Source of the DNA: Treponemataceae bacterium
GTDB lineage: Bacteria > Spirochaetota > Spirochaetia > Treponematales > Rectinemataceae
Assembly: GCA_963667725.2 (NCBI GenBank)
Contig: CAXXHO010000003.1
Coordinates: 448,001-512,000, forward strand
Length of the DNA: 64,000 nt
Direction of reading: 5' to 3'
Made by a program: the position numbers and the translations under genes. Below are positions 41,608-50,447 of the stretch, piece after piece (position 1 is the stretch's first letter; each line of letters begins with the position of its first letter). Below the pieces are notes generated by a model. That model made no database searches. It worked only from the letters and a program-made list of their open reading frames with translations, and was not told the origin of the DNA.

Positions 41608-43146
41608 TTGAAGCGGCTACAGAAGATTTTATCGAGCAAGGCGAACCTGGTGTTCTTCGCGATGCTCATCCAGCTGGCGATCCTCGTAGCTGGCCTCATC
41701 GCGTTCATGGATTCCTTCTATATTTTTTATAGTTTGAGCATCGTGTTGAGCTTTGCCGTCGTCCTATGGATTCTCAACGACACGAGCAATCCCGCGTATA
41801 AGATAGCCTGGCTCATCCCGATTCTCGTCTTCCCCATTTTTGGAGGAATCTTCTATCTCTTTTTCGGCAAGATTCGCCTGAGCGGGAAAATGAAGCAGCA
41901 GATCAAGGAAGGCGAAAAATGGGTGCGTCCGCTGACGACGCGGGGGAGCGAGGACCTCAGGAGACTGGAATCCCTGAATATTGACGCCGCCATGCAGTCG
42001 CGCTATCTCAGCGTCAACGCCAGGAACCCGGTCTGGACCCATACGGCCTCAGAATATCTTCCCAGCGGGGAAATAGCCTTTGCGCGCATAACCGAAGCGC
42101 TGAAAAAGGCCGAACATTTCATATTCATCGAATTCTTCATCATCGGGGAAGGCCGGATGTGGGAGACCATCCTCTCCATCCTCGCGGAGAAGGCGAAGCT
42201 GGGCGTGGACGTGCGCGTCATGTACGACGATTTCGGCTGCCTCGGGCGATTGCCGTCCAACTATGAGAAGCGGCTGGAAGCCATGGGCATCAAATGCGCG
42301 GTCTTCAACCTGCTCAAGCCCCTTCTCTCCGCCAGCTACAATCACCGCGATCACCGGAAGATCCTGGTGATAGACGGCAGGGTGGGATTCACCGGCGGCA
42401 TAAATCTGGCCGACGAGTACATCAACGAATTCCCTCGATTCGGTCACTGGAAGGACAACGCCATCATGCTGGAAGGGGATGCCGTGGCCAGCTTCACGTC
42501 CATGTTCCTCAAGCTGTGGAGCTTCGCGAGGCGGAAGCATGATGACGACCTGCGGTACGAAATCTTCCCCCAGGAAGGATGGCCCGTCTTGGAATCCGAC
42601 GGATTCGTCCAGCCCTACGAGGACAGCCCCCTGGACTCTGAACTTGTCGGGGAAAATGTCTACCTGAATATCATCGGCAAGGCAAAACGATATCTCTACA
42701 TCACGACGCCTTACCTCATCATCGACAACGAAATGCTGATGGCGCTCACCCTGGCCGCGAAGAACGGACTGGATGTCCGCATCATAACTCCTCATATTCC
42801 CGACAAATGGTATGTCCATGCCGTCACCCGCGCCAACTATCGCGCGCTTGTCGCCGGCGGCGTGCGGATCTTCGAGTATCTGCCCGGTTTCATCCATTCG
42901 AAGACCTTCGTGGCGGACGATATTTTCGGCACTGTGGGCACCATAAACCTGGATTTCAGGAGCCTCTACCTCCATTTTGAATGCGGCGTCTGGCTTTACG
43001 GCTGCAGAAGCCTTTTTGCCATGCGCGACGACTTTCTCGCCACCTTGGGGAAATGCCAGGAAGTGACCATCGCTGAGCTCGATGCCATTAAAATTCATCG
43101 CAAGGTTGCCGGCTGGCTGCTGAAGGTCTTTTCGCCCTTGCTCTAA
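41608..43146 (+). CDS. cls: Cardiolipin synthase
   Basis: Two HKD motifs (HRKILVID, HSKTFVAD), N-terminal TMs. Confidence 0.93.
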   Translation: MKRLQKILSSKANLVFFAMLIQLAILVAGLIAFMDSFYIFYSLSIVLSFAVVLWILNDTSNPAYKIAWLIPILVFPIFGGIFYLFFGKIRLSGKMKQQIKEGEKWVRPLTTRGSEDLRRLESLNIDAAMQSRYLSVNARNPVWTHTASEYLPSGEIAFARITEALKKAEHFIFIEFFIIGEGRMWETILSILAEKAKLGVDVRVMYDDFGCLGRLPSNYEKRLEAMGIKCAVFNLLKPLLSASYNHRDHRKILVIDGRVGFTGGINLADEYINEFPRFGHWKDNAIMLEGDAVASFTSMFLKLWSFARRKHDDDLRYEIFPQEGWPVLESDGFVQPYEDSPLDSELVGENVYLNIIGKAKRYLYITTPYLIIDNEMLMALTLAAKNGLDVRIITPHIPDKWYVHAVTRANYRALVAGGVRIFEYLPGFIHSKTFVADDIFGTVGTINLDFRSLYLHFECGVWLYGCRSLFAMRDDFLATLGKCQEVTIAELDAIKIHRKVAGWLLKVFSPLL

Positions 43147-43270
43147 GCTTCTCGGGAGATCAGGGAAATCTTGCCATTTTGCTTTTTTTCTTGGATCAAG
43201 TCCCTTTTTTAAGTATCTTTGACATATAAGTATTCCTGAATATAGGAAAATCTTATTTAAGGAGTGTTAT

Positions 43271-43885
43271 ATGTCATTTACCGTACCCGAACTGAAATAT
43301 TCTCTTGACGCCCTCGAGCCGCACATCGACGCGGAGACTATGCGCATCCATCACGACAAGCATCATGCCGCCTATGTCGCGAATCTCAACAAGGCAATCG
43401 AAGGAACCGATTACGCGGCCTGGAATCTTGAAGCTCTCGTCCGCGACTGGAAGGAACTTCCCTCGTCGATCCAGACCGCCGTGCGGAACAACGGCGGCGG
43501 CCATTACAATCACGGCTTTTTCTGGGAGAGCATCGCCCCGAACGCGGGCGGCAAACCCTCGGGCGCTCTTGCCGCCGCCATGGAAAAAGAGCTGGGCGGC
43601 TTCGACGCATTCAAGGCCGAATTCAGCAAGGCGGCCATGGGCCGATTCGGTTCGGGCTGGGCATGGCTGTCCTTCGACGGAAAATCCAGGAAGCTCGTCA
43701 TCGGATCCACGGCCAACCAGGACAGTCCTATGGCTGAAGGCTTGACGCCTCTCCTCGGCGTGGATGTTTGGGAACATGCTTATTATCTGAAATACCAGAA
43801 TCGCAGAGCCGATTATCTGGAGGCATTCTTCAATGTCATCGACTGGGGAAAGGTCGAGGAACGATTCGAGAGGGTGGCGGGCTGA
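43271..43885 (+). CDS. sodA: Superoxide dismutase, probably Mn type
   Basis: [26 protein letters not shown]. Confidence 0.93.
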   Translation: MSFTVPELKYSLDALEPHIDAETMRIHHDKHHAAYVANLNKAIEGTDYAAWNLEALVRDWKELPSSIQTAVRNNGGGHYNHGFFWESIAPNAGGKPSGALAAAMEKELGGFDAFKAEFSKAAMGRFGSGWAWLSFDGKSRKLVIGSTANQDSPMAEGLTPLLGVDVWEHAYYLKYQNRRADYLEAFFNVIDWGKVEERFERVAG

Positions 43886-43962
43886 GGCCGAAATCCAGCC
43901 GCGGCCACGGTCGCGCGCATGGCCGCGGTGACGGTCATAATCGCGGTCGCAGGCCATTAACG

Positions 43963-44001
43963 AAAAGAGCTCCTTGCATGCCAGGGGGCTCTTTTCTTTT
44001 T
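43963..44001 (+). terminator. Intrinsic terminator after sod
   Basis: AAAAGAGCTCCTTG...CAGGGGGCTCTTTT. Confidence 0.75.
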
Positions 44002-44051
44002 AGTTAATAAAGCCATAAGATAGCGCAAAGATCGTTCATTGGAGACAGCAT

Positions 44052-44498
44052 ATGAATATCAGCCTGATGACAGCCGATGATTATGAAGCCGTGTATTCGC
44101 TATGGATTAATACGGCCGGCATGGGGCTTAACAGCCTGGATGATTCAAGAGAAGGAATTGAAACCTACCTGAAGAGAAATCCCGCCACCTGTTTTGTGGC
44201 CAAAGAAGAAAAAAGAGTGGTCGGCGTCATTCTCAGCGGCCACGATGGGCGAAGAGGGTACATTTACCATACGGCGGTGGATATGGATGAAAGAGGGAAG
44301 GGCATAGGGAAGCGATTGGTAGAGAAAGCCATGGAGGCTTTGAGGCAAGAAGGGATACATAAGGTAGGCCTTGTCGTCTTCGGGAAGAATGAGACTGGCA
44401 ATAATTTTTGGGAAAGAATCGGATTTGAGGAGAGGAAAGACTTAATCTATAGAAGCAAGATAATCACGTCGAGGAATATGGAAAGAATCGATACCTGA
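44052..44498 (+). CDS. GNAT acetyltransferase (YpeA-like)
   Basis: GHDGRRGYIYH, RGKGIG, FWERIGF. Confidence 0.9.
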   Translation: MNISLMTADDYEAVYSLWINTAGMGLNSLDDSREGIETYLKRNPATCFVAKEEKRVVGVILSGHDGRRGYIYHTAVDMDERGKGIGKRLVEKAMEALRQEGIHKVGLVVFGKNETGNNFWERIGFEERKDLIYRSKIITSRNMERIDT

Positions 44499-44572
44499 TT
44501 GAGCGGGCAGGATCTATCGCCTAACGGCAGCTCCTGCCATGCTCATGAAATAAGGACTATTTTAATTTCTCC

Positions 44573-45844
44573 CTAAGCATCTGAAATGTTTTCTCCCGTT
44601 TCCGTGGATAAGGTCGCGCAACCTTCTCGGTAAAAATTCCCGGACAGGAAGATGCTAAAGCCAAGAAGAATCATGAACACGGCGCATACGATAACCAGCG
44701 TCTGAATTCGAACAACGTCAGCCAGCGGTCCGAAGATGACCATGCCAAGAGGCATGAAGCCCGTAAACATCACGTTGACCAGACTGAAAACCCTGCCCAT
44801 CATGGTCGGAGCGGTCTTTTCCTGAACAAGGGTAAACACCGCGGTTTGAGCCGCCGGTATGGTCATGCCGATAAAGAACATGAGAGCGGCGAAAAGCCAG
44901 AACGCGTTGGTGAGGCCGACGGCAAAAGAAGCGGCGCCATTGATCATGACTCCCAGGAACAATGTCTTGTTCCGATTCTTGAAGCCTCCGGTCGCGCCTA
45001 GCAGAAGTCCGCCGGCCAACGCTCCCGCGAAACCCACCGTCTCATTGATGGTCAGCAACAGCACATTGTCGCCGAAGGTTCTTCCGATCATGAGCGCCGT
45101 CAGGAATCCGGAAGGCACGCAGAGAAAAATATACGCCCCGTAGGTCGCGAGCAGTCTTCTCAAGAATCGGTGATTCCACGTGAACGAAAAACCTTCCTTC
45201 ATTTCCTTTAATACGGACGTGGGTTCCGTTCTTTCGGTCGGCCTATGCTTTGGCGTTTTTATTAATGCCAATATGCCGATGCCGATGACCGCGGTAGCTA
45301 CGTCAATGAACAGAATGTTGTGGATGGGGCCGACAGACATCAGCGCTCCCGCGGCTATGGGAGAAGCGAACTGGACAAAAGACTGAATGCTTCCGTTTAT
45401 TCCGTTCACCCGCATAAGCTTGTCTTCGGGAACGAGCTGCGGAATCATGGCGTTCACGGCAGGCGTCTGAATTCCGCTGCCGAGAGAACGGATGGCGGAG
45501 GCGATAATTATCGCAGGGAGGACCGTCGCGCCCATGTTGCCGGATATCATGTAAACCGCGAGCAGCAGGGTCGTCGCGGCGATGGCCGCGTCGGCGATCA
45601 GGATTATGCTTTTTCTGTTGTAGCGATCCGCCCAGACCCCCGCGAATAGAGACATGATCATCTGGGGCAAAAACGCCGCCAGCGTCAGGACAGTGACCCA
45701 GCCGCCCGATGATGTTTCGAGAGCCACATGCCAGATGATCGCCATTTGCACGATTTGCGATCCGAAAAGCGAAATTCCCTGGCCCGCCAGGAACGCGGTT
45801 ATCTTTCCCCGCCATTCCGGCATGCGCTGATTATCCGAATCCAT
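44573..45844 (-). CDS. MFS efflux transporter (Mef/DHA3-like)
   Basis: GQGISLFGS, AGVWADRYNRK, 12-TM pattern, MMGRVFS. Confidence 0.88.
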   Translation of the reverse strand: MDSDNQRMPEWRGKITAFLAGQGISLFGSQIVQMAIIWHVALETSSGGWVTVLTLAAFLPQMIMSLFAGVWADRYNRKSIILIADAAIAATTLLLAVYMISGNMGATVLPAIIIASAIRSLGSGIQTPAVNAMIPQLVPEDKLMRVNGINGSIQSFVQFASPIAAGALMSVGPIHNILFIDVATAVIGIGILALIKTPKHRPTERTEPTSVLKEMKEGFSFTWNHRFLRRLLATYGAYIFLCVPSGFLTALMIGRTFGDNVLLLTINETVGFAGALAGGLLLGATGGFKNRNKTLFLGVMINGAASFAVGLTNAFWLFAALMFFIGMTIPAAQTAVFTLVQEKTAPTMMGRVFSLVNVMFTGFMPLGMVIFGPLADVVRIQTLVIVCAVFMILLGFSIFLSGNFYREGCATLSTETGENISDA

Positions 45845-45938
45845 GATACCCCTCCGGTATATATTTGATGAAAAAGCTTACCACTCGATTTTTGACTGGT
45901 GGCATACTGGAGGCTTAATTATTTTTTTATTCGCGGCC

Positions 45939-46679
45939 TTAGCTTTCCCGTATGGCATTGAGAATGGCCAGCATTTCCAGCGCATCGTTTTCAGCCATGC
46001 TCAGCGCGGTGATATATCGATCGGCGGCGCAAACGATATCTTCGTCTTCATCGGGCGTATCGATCGCTTTCCTTACATTCGTATCGCCTCTGTCCAGTCG
46101 ATTCAGCATTCTTAGTATGGACATCATGGAATAGTGAGCGTTTCGAAGCGTTCGGATGATTTTCAGCCTATTCATATCCGCCAATCCGAATTTCCTGCGC
46201 CCGTTAGCGCTTCGCGGCACCCGGATCAAGCCGTTTCTTTCCCAATCGCGCAGAACATCGATGGTGACGCCGAGAATGCCCGCCGCCATGAGCCTGCCGT
46301 TGAGCAATACCGCTTTATCCGATTTTTCGTTTTTTTCAACGATGTTTGAGGCGATGAGGATAGCCTCTTCCGCTCTGGCCCTCTCCTCTCTCAGGTGCTC
46401 CAAATACTTCTTTGTGCCTCGATACGCCGCGTCGATATCGTTCGCGGCCGCTGTCTTCACGATGTCATAGGCTTCTTGCCTGAGCCTGTCCCCGATTATC
46501 TCCGCGTGGAAAGCCCTGCGCAACAGCCTAAGCTGCCTAAGATGGGCATCGTTGAAAATTCGGTATCCGCTTTCCGTCCTGGGTATCGCGGGAAGCAGTT
46601 CCATCGCTTCGTAAAACCTTATGGTATTGGGATGAACTCCGATAAGCTTCGCTATCTGGGAGGTCTTATAAGTGTTCAA
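45939..46679 (-). CDS. MerR-family regulator with two HTH domains
   Basis: AKLIGVHPNTIRFYE...RTESGYR and a second LGVTIDVLRDWERNGL...NGRR. Confidence 0.88.
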   Translation of the reverse strand: MNTYKTSQIAKLIGVHPNTIRFYEAMELLPAIPRTESGYRIFNDAHLRQLRLLRRAFHAEIIGDRLRQEAYDIVKTAAANDIDAAYRGTKKYLEHLREERARAEEAILIASNIVEKNEKSDKAVLLNGRLMAAGILGVTIDVLRDWERNGLIRVPRSANGRRKFGLADMNRLKIIRTLRNAHYSMMSILRMLNRLDRGDTNVRKAIDTPDEDEDIVCAADRYITALSMAENDALEMLAILNAIRES

Positions 46680-46736
46680 GGAAGGGCCTCCTCATTTTTT
46701 TTCTGGATTAGGTCGACAAATTTTTCCATTAATTAA

Positions 46737-46785
46737 AAAAGAGAAGGGCAATTCCTTTTATTATAAGGAATTGCCCTTCTCTTTT
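46737..46785 (-). terminator. Long hairpin terminator directly downstream of the tRNA-like att remnant
   Basis: 21-bp arms AAAAGAGAAGGGCAATTCCTT / AAGGAATTGCCCTTCTCTTTT. Confidence 0.8.
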
Positions 46786-46796
46786 AGCCCCTAGGG
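46785..46796 (-). other. Putative att site: duplicated 3' end of a tRNA-Glu
   Basis: Minus strand CCCTAGGGGCTA resembles a tRNA-Glu T-stem/acceptor end (cf. E. coli ...CCCCTAGGGGACG); followed by a terminator; coincides with the GC drop. Confidence 0.55.
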
Positions 46797-47051
46797 CTAT
46801 AAAATGGCCTGTATTTGACCATTTTAACCAATCTTTTATTAGGTTTTCTTTCTTTGGGTATGGGCCTGAATCGGCAATTTACCCGAGTAAAAACATACCC
46901 GTATGTGTTTATAAATTTACATTAAGGAAGCTTCGGTGTCTAGCTGGTGCACAAGGTCCACTCTTAAAATAAAATGATAAAGAAGTAAAACCTGTACCAA
47001 TACAAGGATAGACGAATAGGTCGCTTTAGTTTTTATCCCAAATGTTGTTTT

Positions 47052-48161
47052 CTATATATTAAAATCTTGGCCTTTAATTGAAAACCAATAAAGGTTACTT
47101 TGTTTAAAGTATCGATTTTCATAAAGAACACTTGGAAAGGGCGAGCGCATAACGATATTTTTTATTACATCTTTGGCATCCTGTAACAATGGGGAGGTAG
47201 GTCCTATTGAGATTTGGGTTGTCCGCAATGGTGCAACTTCAAATTCTTTTTGCATGCTGCCTTCAACGGAAGAAAAAAAGGTCATTCGAATAATTACTGC
47301 GGCCGATGTCTCATCACTTCCAAGGTCATCAAAAATTAGATTACCTATACTGTAGCAAATGAGCGAACCATGGTACTCCTCAAGCCCTTGGAGCACATGC
47401 GGTCCGCTTCCGACTACTAAATCAGCCCCAGCGTCTATTAAGGATCTTGCGAGATGCTGTTGTGAATAAGTATAAGTTGTCTCATATTCGAAACCCCAGT
47501 GAAGCATAACCACCACAGCGAGAGAGGTTGCTTTGCATGTATGAATCTTATCTTTGAGCATTTCAACATTTATTGGTGCGATAACTGCGCCAAAGGATTC
47601 AGTAAAAGAAGTCTCATCGTCGTCAAAGCCGCATGACAGAACTGAGAGCGTCCCTCCGGGGCAGTTGATCCGAGCTTCTTTCCATGCAGCTTCCATTGTA
47701 TTTCCCGCACCTGTATGTACAATATGGGCTTCGTCGAGGGCGGCAATGCTTGCCAGTAATCCAGCAGGTCCATAATCCATGGAATGATTGTTAGCTAGTG
47801 CAACGACTGGGCTTTTAAATTGTGAAAGAGGATATAGTGCTTCAATTGGTGCACGAAATACGAACTGTTTATTCTTTGGGGAGCCGCCTTGACCAATAGT
47901 GGTCTCGAGGTTGAACAGGAATGCATTGCTATTTCGGGCGGCTTTGGCTAACGTGTCCCACCTATGGTCTTCCCATGAGTTAACACCAGTTTTGCCATTG
48001 TAGCGGTCAAGGAGGCAATCGCCTCCAACCAGCAGAGTCAAGACAGGCTGGCGCCGGTTTGAGCAAGATACAGTTACTACGTAGATTGTGATCACAATGA
48101 TTAGGAGGATCCATAGAACTGGACTTCCCTGTTTATTGCTTCGGGTGTTACGCTTAGCCAT
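47052..48161 (-). CDS. CapA/PGA_cap-family metallophosphoesterase, putative lipoprotein
   Basis: GGD, NLET, LANNHSMDYG, LHWGFEY, GSGPHVLQ, YSIGNLIFD; hydrophobic N-terminus ending TVSC. Confidence 0.85.
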   Translation of the reverse strand: MAKRNTRSNKQGSPVLWILLIIVITIYVVTVSCSNRRQPVLTLLVGGDCLLDRYNGKTGVNSWEDHRWDTLAKAARNSNAFLFNLETTIGQGGSPKNKQFVFRAPIEALYPLSQFKSPVVALANNHSMDYGPAGLLASIAALDEAHIVHTGAGNTMEAAWKEARINCPGGTLSVLSCGFDDDETSFTESFGAVIAPINVEMLKDKIHTCKATSLAVVVMLHWGFEYETTYTYSQQHLARSLIDAGADLVVGSGPHVLQGLEEYHGSLICYSIGNLIFDDLGSDETSAAVIIRMTFFSSVEGSMQKEFEVAPLRTTQISIGPTSPLLQDAKDVIKNIVMRSPFPSVLYENRYFKQSNLYWFSIKGQDFNI

Positions 48162-48174
48162 GGCACGGCTCAGT

Positions 48175-49620
48175 ATGAAATTTTTTTGCATCATCGTTTG
48201 CACTATCCTCATTTCTTGCGCCCCGCAGGAAGTCCATCTCCATGATCGGCATTCTCTATCGTATGACCTTGTGAAATCCTATGCGAAGAACCATCCGGGC
48301 ACAACACTTGTCCTGCTAGATTATCATCATGATGTTAGCCCAATCGGCAAAATACCACTTAGCTCAAACTGGGTTGCCATGCTTTTACATGAAAATATTG
48401 TTTCTCGAGTTGTATGGGTTTCAGGACGAGATTTACTCCTTCCAAACAAGAATGCTCGGATTGTATGGCTGAATCGAAAGCTTGCTTCATTCTCGCCAAG
48501 CGATGCCGTATCAATCGAAAACCGTATCATCCTTACTGATTGGCATGAACTCGAGAAACAACGAATCAAAGGTCCCCTCGTTGTGAGTCTCGATTTTGAT
48601 ATATTCTGTCATGATCCAGGAACCCCGCCCGAACGTTTCTTGGAAGAAATATGTGTTTGGATGGGAAAACAATCTCCTGGTCTTGTGACCGTCGCTCTTT
48701 CTGCCGCATACGAAAACGATGCTTCCTCCGCATGGCAGCGCCTTCAGCGTTTTGTGGAAGACTATAAGCATAAAGCAAGGAATTCTGTGTGGTACCTTGA
48801 GGCTGGGGCAAGAGCTGCTGTTCCCGAGGGAGGCGAAGAAAGCACCGCTTGGCAGGTTTGGGAAAAGCAAAATGAAAGATTCGGCAGGCGAAATGAAGGG
48901 TTCCTCCCTGGTGCCAGCGTTTGGATGGTTTCGCCTCCTTCTCTTCGCTCAAGTTTGAAGAAGATAAATATCAAGCCGGGCGATTCAACGGCCAGAGATA
49001 TTATCTCGGGCTGGAATGATGATGATTTTGTAACTCTTGAGCAGCTGTTCCCTCAATCGGTGACAGATAAAGCGCTCGCTGCGGCAGCAGCAGCTGTAGA
49101 GGATTATTGGCTAGATAAAAGGCAGCCTCAGATTGAAACCGGTAAGAATGAGATAGGGATAGCGCTACGTATTCAAGGTGCACATGGCGATCGAGGCTGT
49201 CTTGCGCTCTATCACGGAGTCTCTAGTCTAGATGCTGCAGCAAGATATTGTGCTCAGTTAGCCGCTGATGATCCACGATATCCAGCGCTCCTCCCCTCAG
49301 AACGATCTGATCTCTTCCTTGAACTCTCGGTCTTTGGCCCATGGTATGACATGTGTGATCCTCTTGACTTTAGGCCCGGCCTGGATAGCCTCATCCTCAA
49401 AAATGGAAACGAAGTAACTTTGCTCCAAGCTTCCATCGCCGCACAGAGGGGCTACGAGCAGGAGGATTTTCTTGCACGCCTTTCAAACAAAGCCAGTCTA
49501 GGTTTGATGGGTTGGAAGAACCCGGGAATCAAGTTCATGCGTTCGCCTACAATTTGGTCTAGAAGAGCAATGACCTTCATTGAAGAGATGCCTGACTACC
49601 AGAAAAACGAGAAAAAATAG
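48175..49620 (+). CDS. Lipoprotein: arginase/UPF0489-like domain fused to a C-terminal AMMECR1 domain
   Basis: Lipobox LISC; LDYHHD and SLDFD metal motifs; DRGCL, DDPRYP, LELSV, FLARLSNKA (AMMECR1). Confidence 0.75.
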   Translation: MKFFCIIVCTILISCAPQEVHLHDRHSLSYDLVKSYAKNHPGTTLVLLDYHHDVSPIGKIPLSSNWVAMLLHENIVSRVVWVSGRDLLLPNKNARIVWLNRKLASFSPSDAVSIENRIILTDWHELEKQRIKGPLVVSLDFDIFCHDPGTPPERFLEEICVWMGKQSPGLVTVALSAAYENDASSAWQRLQRFVEDYKHKARNSVWYLEAGARAAVPEGGEESTAWQVWEKQNERFGRRNEGFLPGASVWMVSPPSLRSSLKKINIKPGDSTARDIISGWNDDDFVTLEQLFPQSVTDKALAAAAAAVEDYWLDKRQPQIETGKNEIGIALRIQGAHGDRGCLALYHGVSSLDAAARYCAQLAADDPRYPALLPSERSDLFLELSVFGPWYDMCDPLDFRPGLDSLILKNGNEVTLLQASIAAQRGYEQEDFLARLSNKASLGLMGWKNPGIKFMRSPTIWSRRAMTFIEEMPDYQKNEKK

Positions 49621-50447
49621 CTTGTGATATCTTCTTTATTTTGCCCAGTTAAGTCGAAAGAATTACAGTGGAATAAAATGGCGCTTTGTACTTCTGGGGT
49701 GAATAGTCTGGCAAGAACATAGATGCCTGGCCTGTTGTCACATCCTGCAACTATCCAACTAGACTGTGATGGAAATTGGAAAAAAGCTCGAGAGCGCTCA
49801 TCTTTTTCTTTCGTTGCTGATAAATCACCATGATGCGAAAAGTCAGTCGACACAAGTAGGAAATTCTTCTCTTTACCTTTTTTATCGAAGGCTGGCTGTA
49901 GCGCGGAAGCTAGGCGTTCTGCCATGGGTTGATCAAGGGGGGGCTCACCTTGACAAGCGATCGCTAGGACTTTTGCATTGGGGAAGTATTTAATAATATA
50001 GGGCGCTAGAACGGAAATGCCGTGTTCGTGATCAAAAACCGTCGGCTCAAGACTCACTCCTAGCTTCTTTGCGAGAGCTTTCATTCGTTGCTGATCTGAG
50101 GCGAGCTGCCCCTTTGATAAGAGCCAAGAACCATCGGTTAGTGAATAAGTTTGGGTCGAGAGCCCCCAATGGGATGGGCAAATGATATAGAACTGCTCCA
50201 CATTTCTTCGAGCTGCTAGTTCAAAAAACCAACGGTCGATTTGGGTGTCTGTCAGAAGATGATGACTCACTGTTCCTCCCCAAGGATGCGCATCTAGCGG
50301 AGGAAGGGCCTCGATTGGTATAGAAATGGACTTCGCAGGTCTTTCACCGAGTGATGCCCAAGTCGAATAGGTACGTACATTCTTTGAGCATCCTATGAGC
50401 AAAAAAACTGACGAGACTGCGAATGTTAACGCTCTACTTGCTCTCAC
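49596..50447 (-). CDS. MEMO1-family (AmmeMemoRadiSam protein B-like) lipoprotein
   Basis: Lipobox LIGC; VSHH, PSHW, EHG, STDFSHH, CDN. Confidence 0.82.
   Translation of the reverse strand: MRASRALTFAVSSVFLLIGCSKNVRTYSTWASLGERPAKSISIPIEALPPLDAHPWGGTVSHHLLTDTQIDRWFFELAARRNVEQFYIICPSHWGLSTQTYSLTDGSWLLSKGQLASDQQRMKALAKKLGVSLEPTVFDHEHGISVLAPYIIKYFPNAKVLAIACQGEPPLDQPMAERLASALQPAFDKKGKEKNFLLVSTDFSHHGDLSATKEKDERSRAFFQFPSQSSWIVAGCDNRPGIYVLARLFTPEVQSAILFHCNSFDLTGQNKEDITSYFFSFFW

Noticed and set aside
47052..48161. Poly-gamma-glutamate capsule locus
   Set aside because: No capB/capC; CapA domains occur widely outside capsule operons
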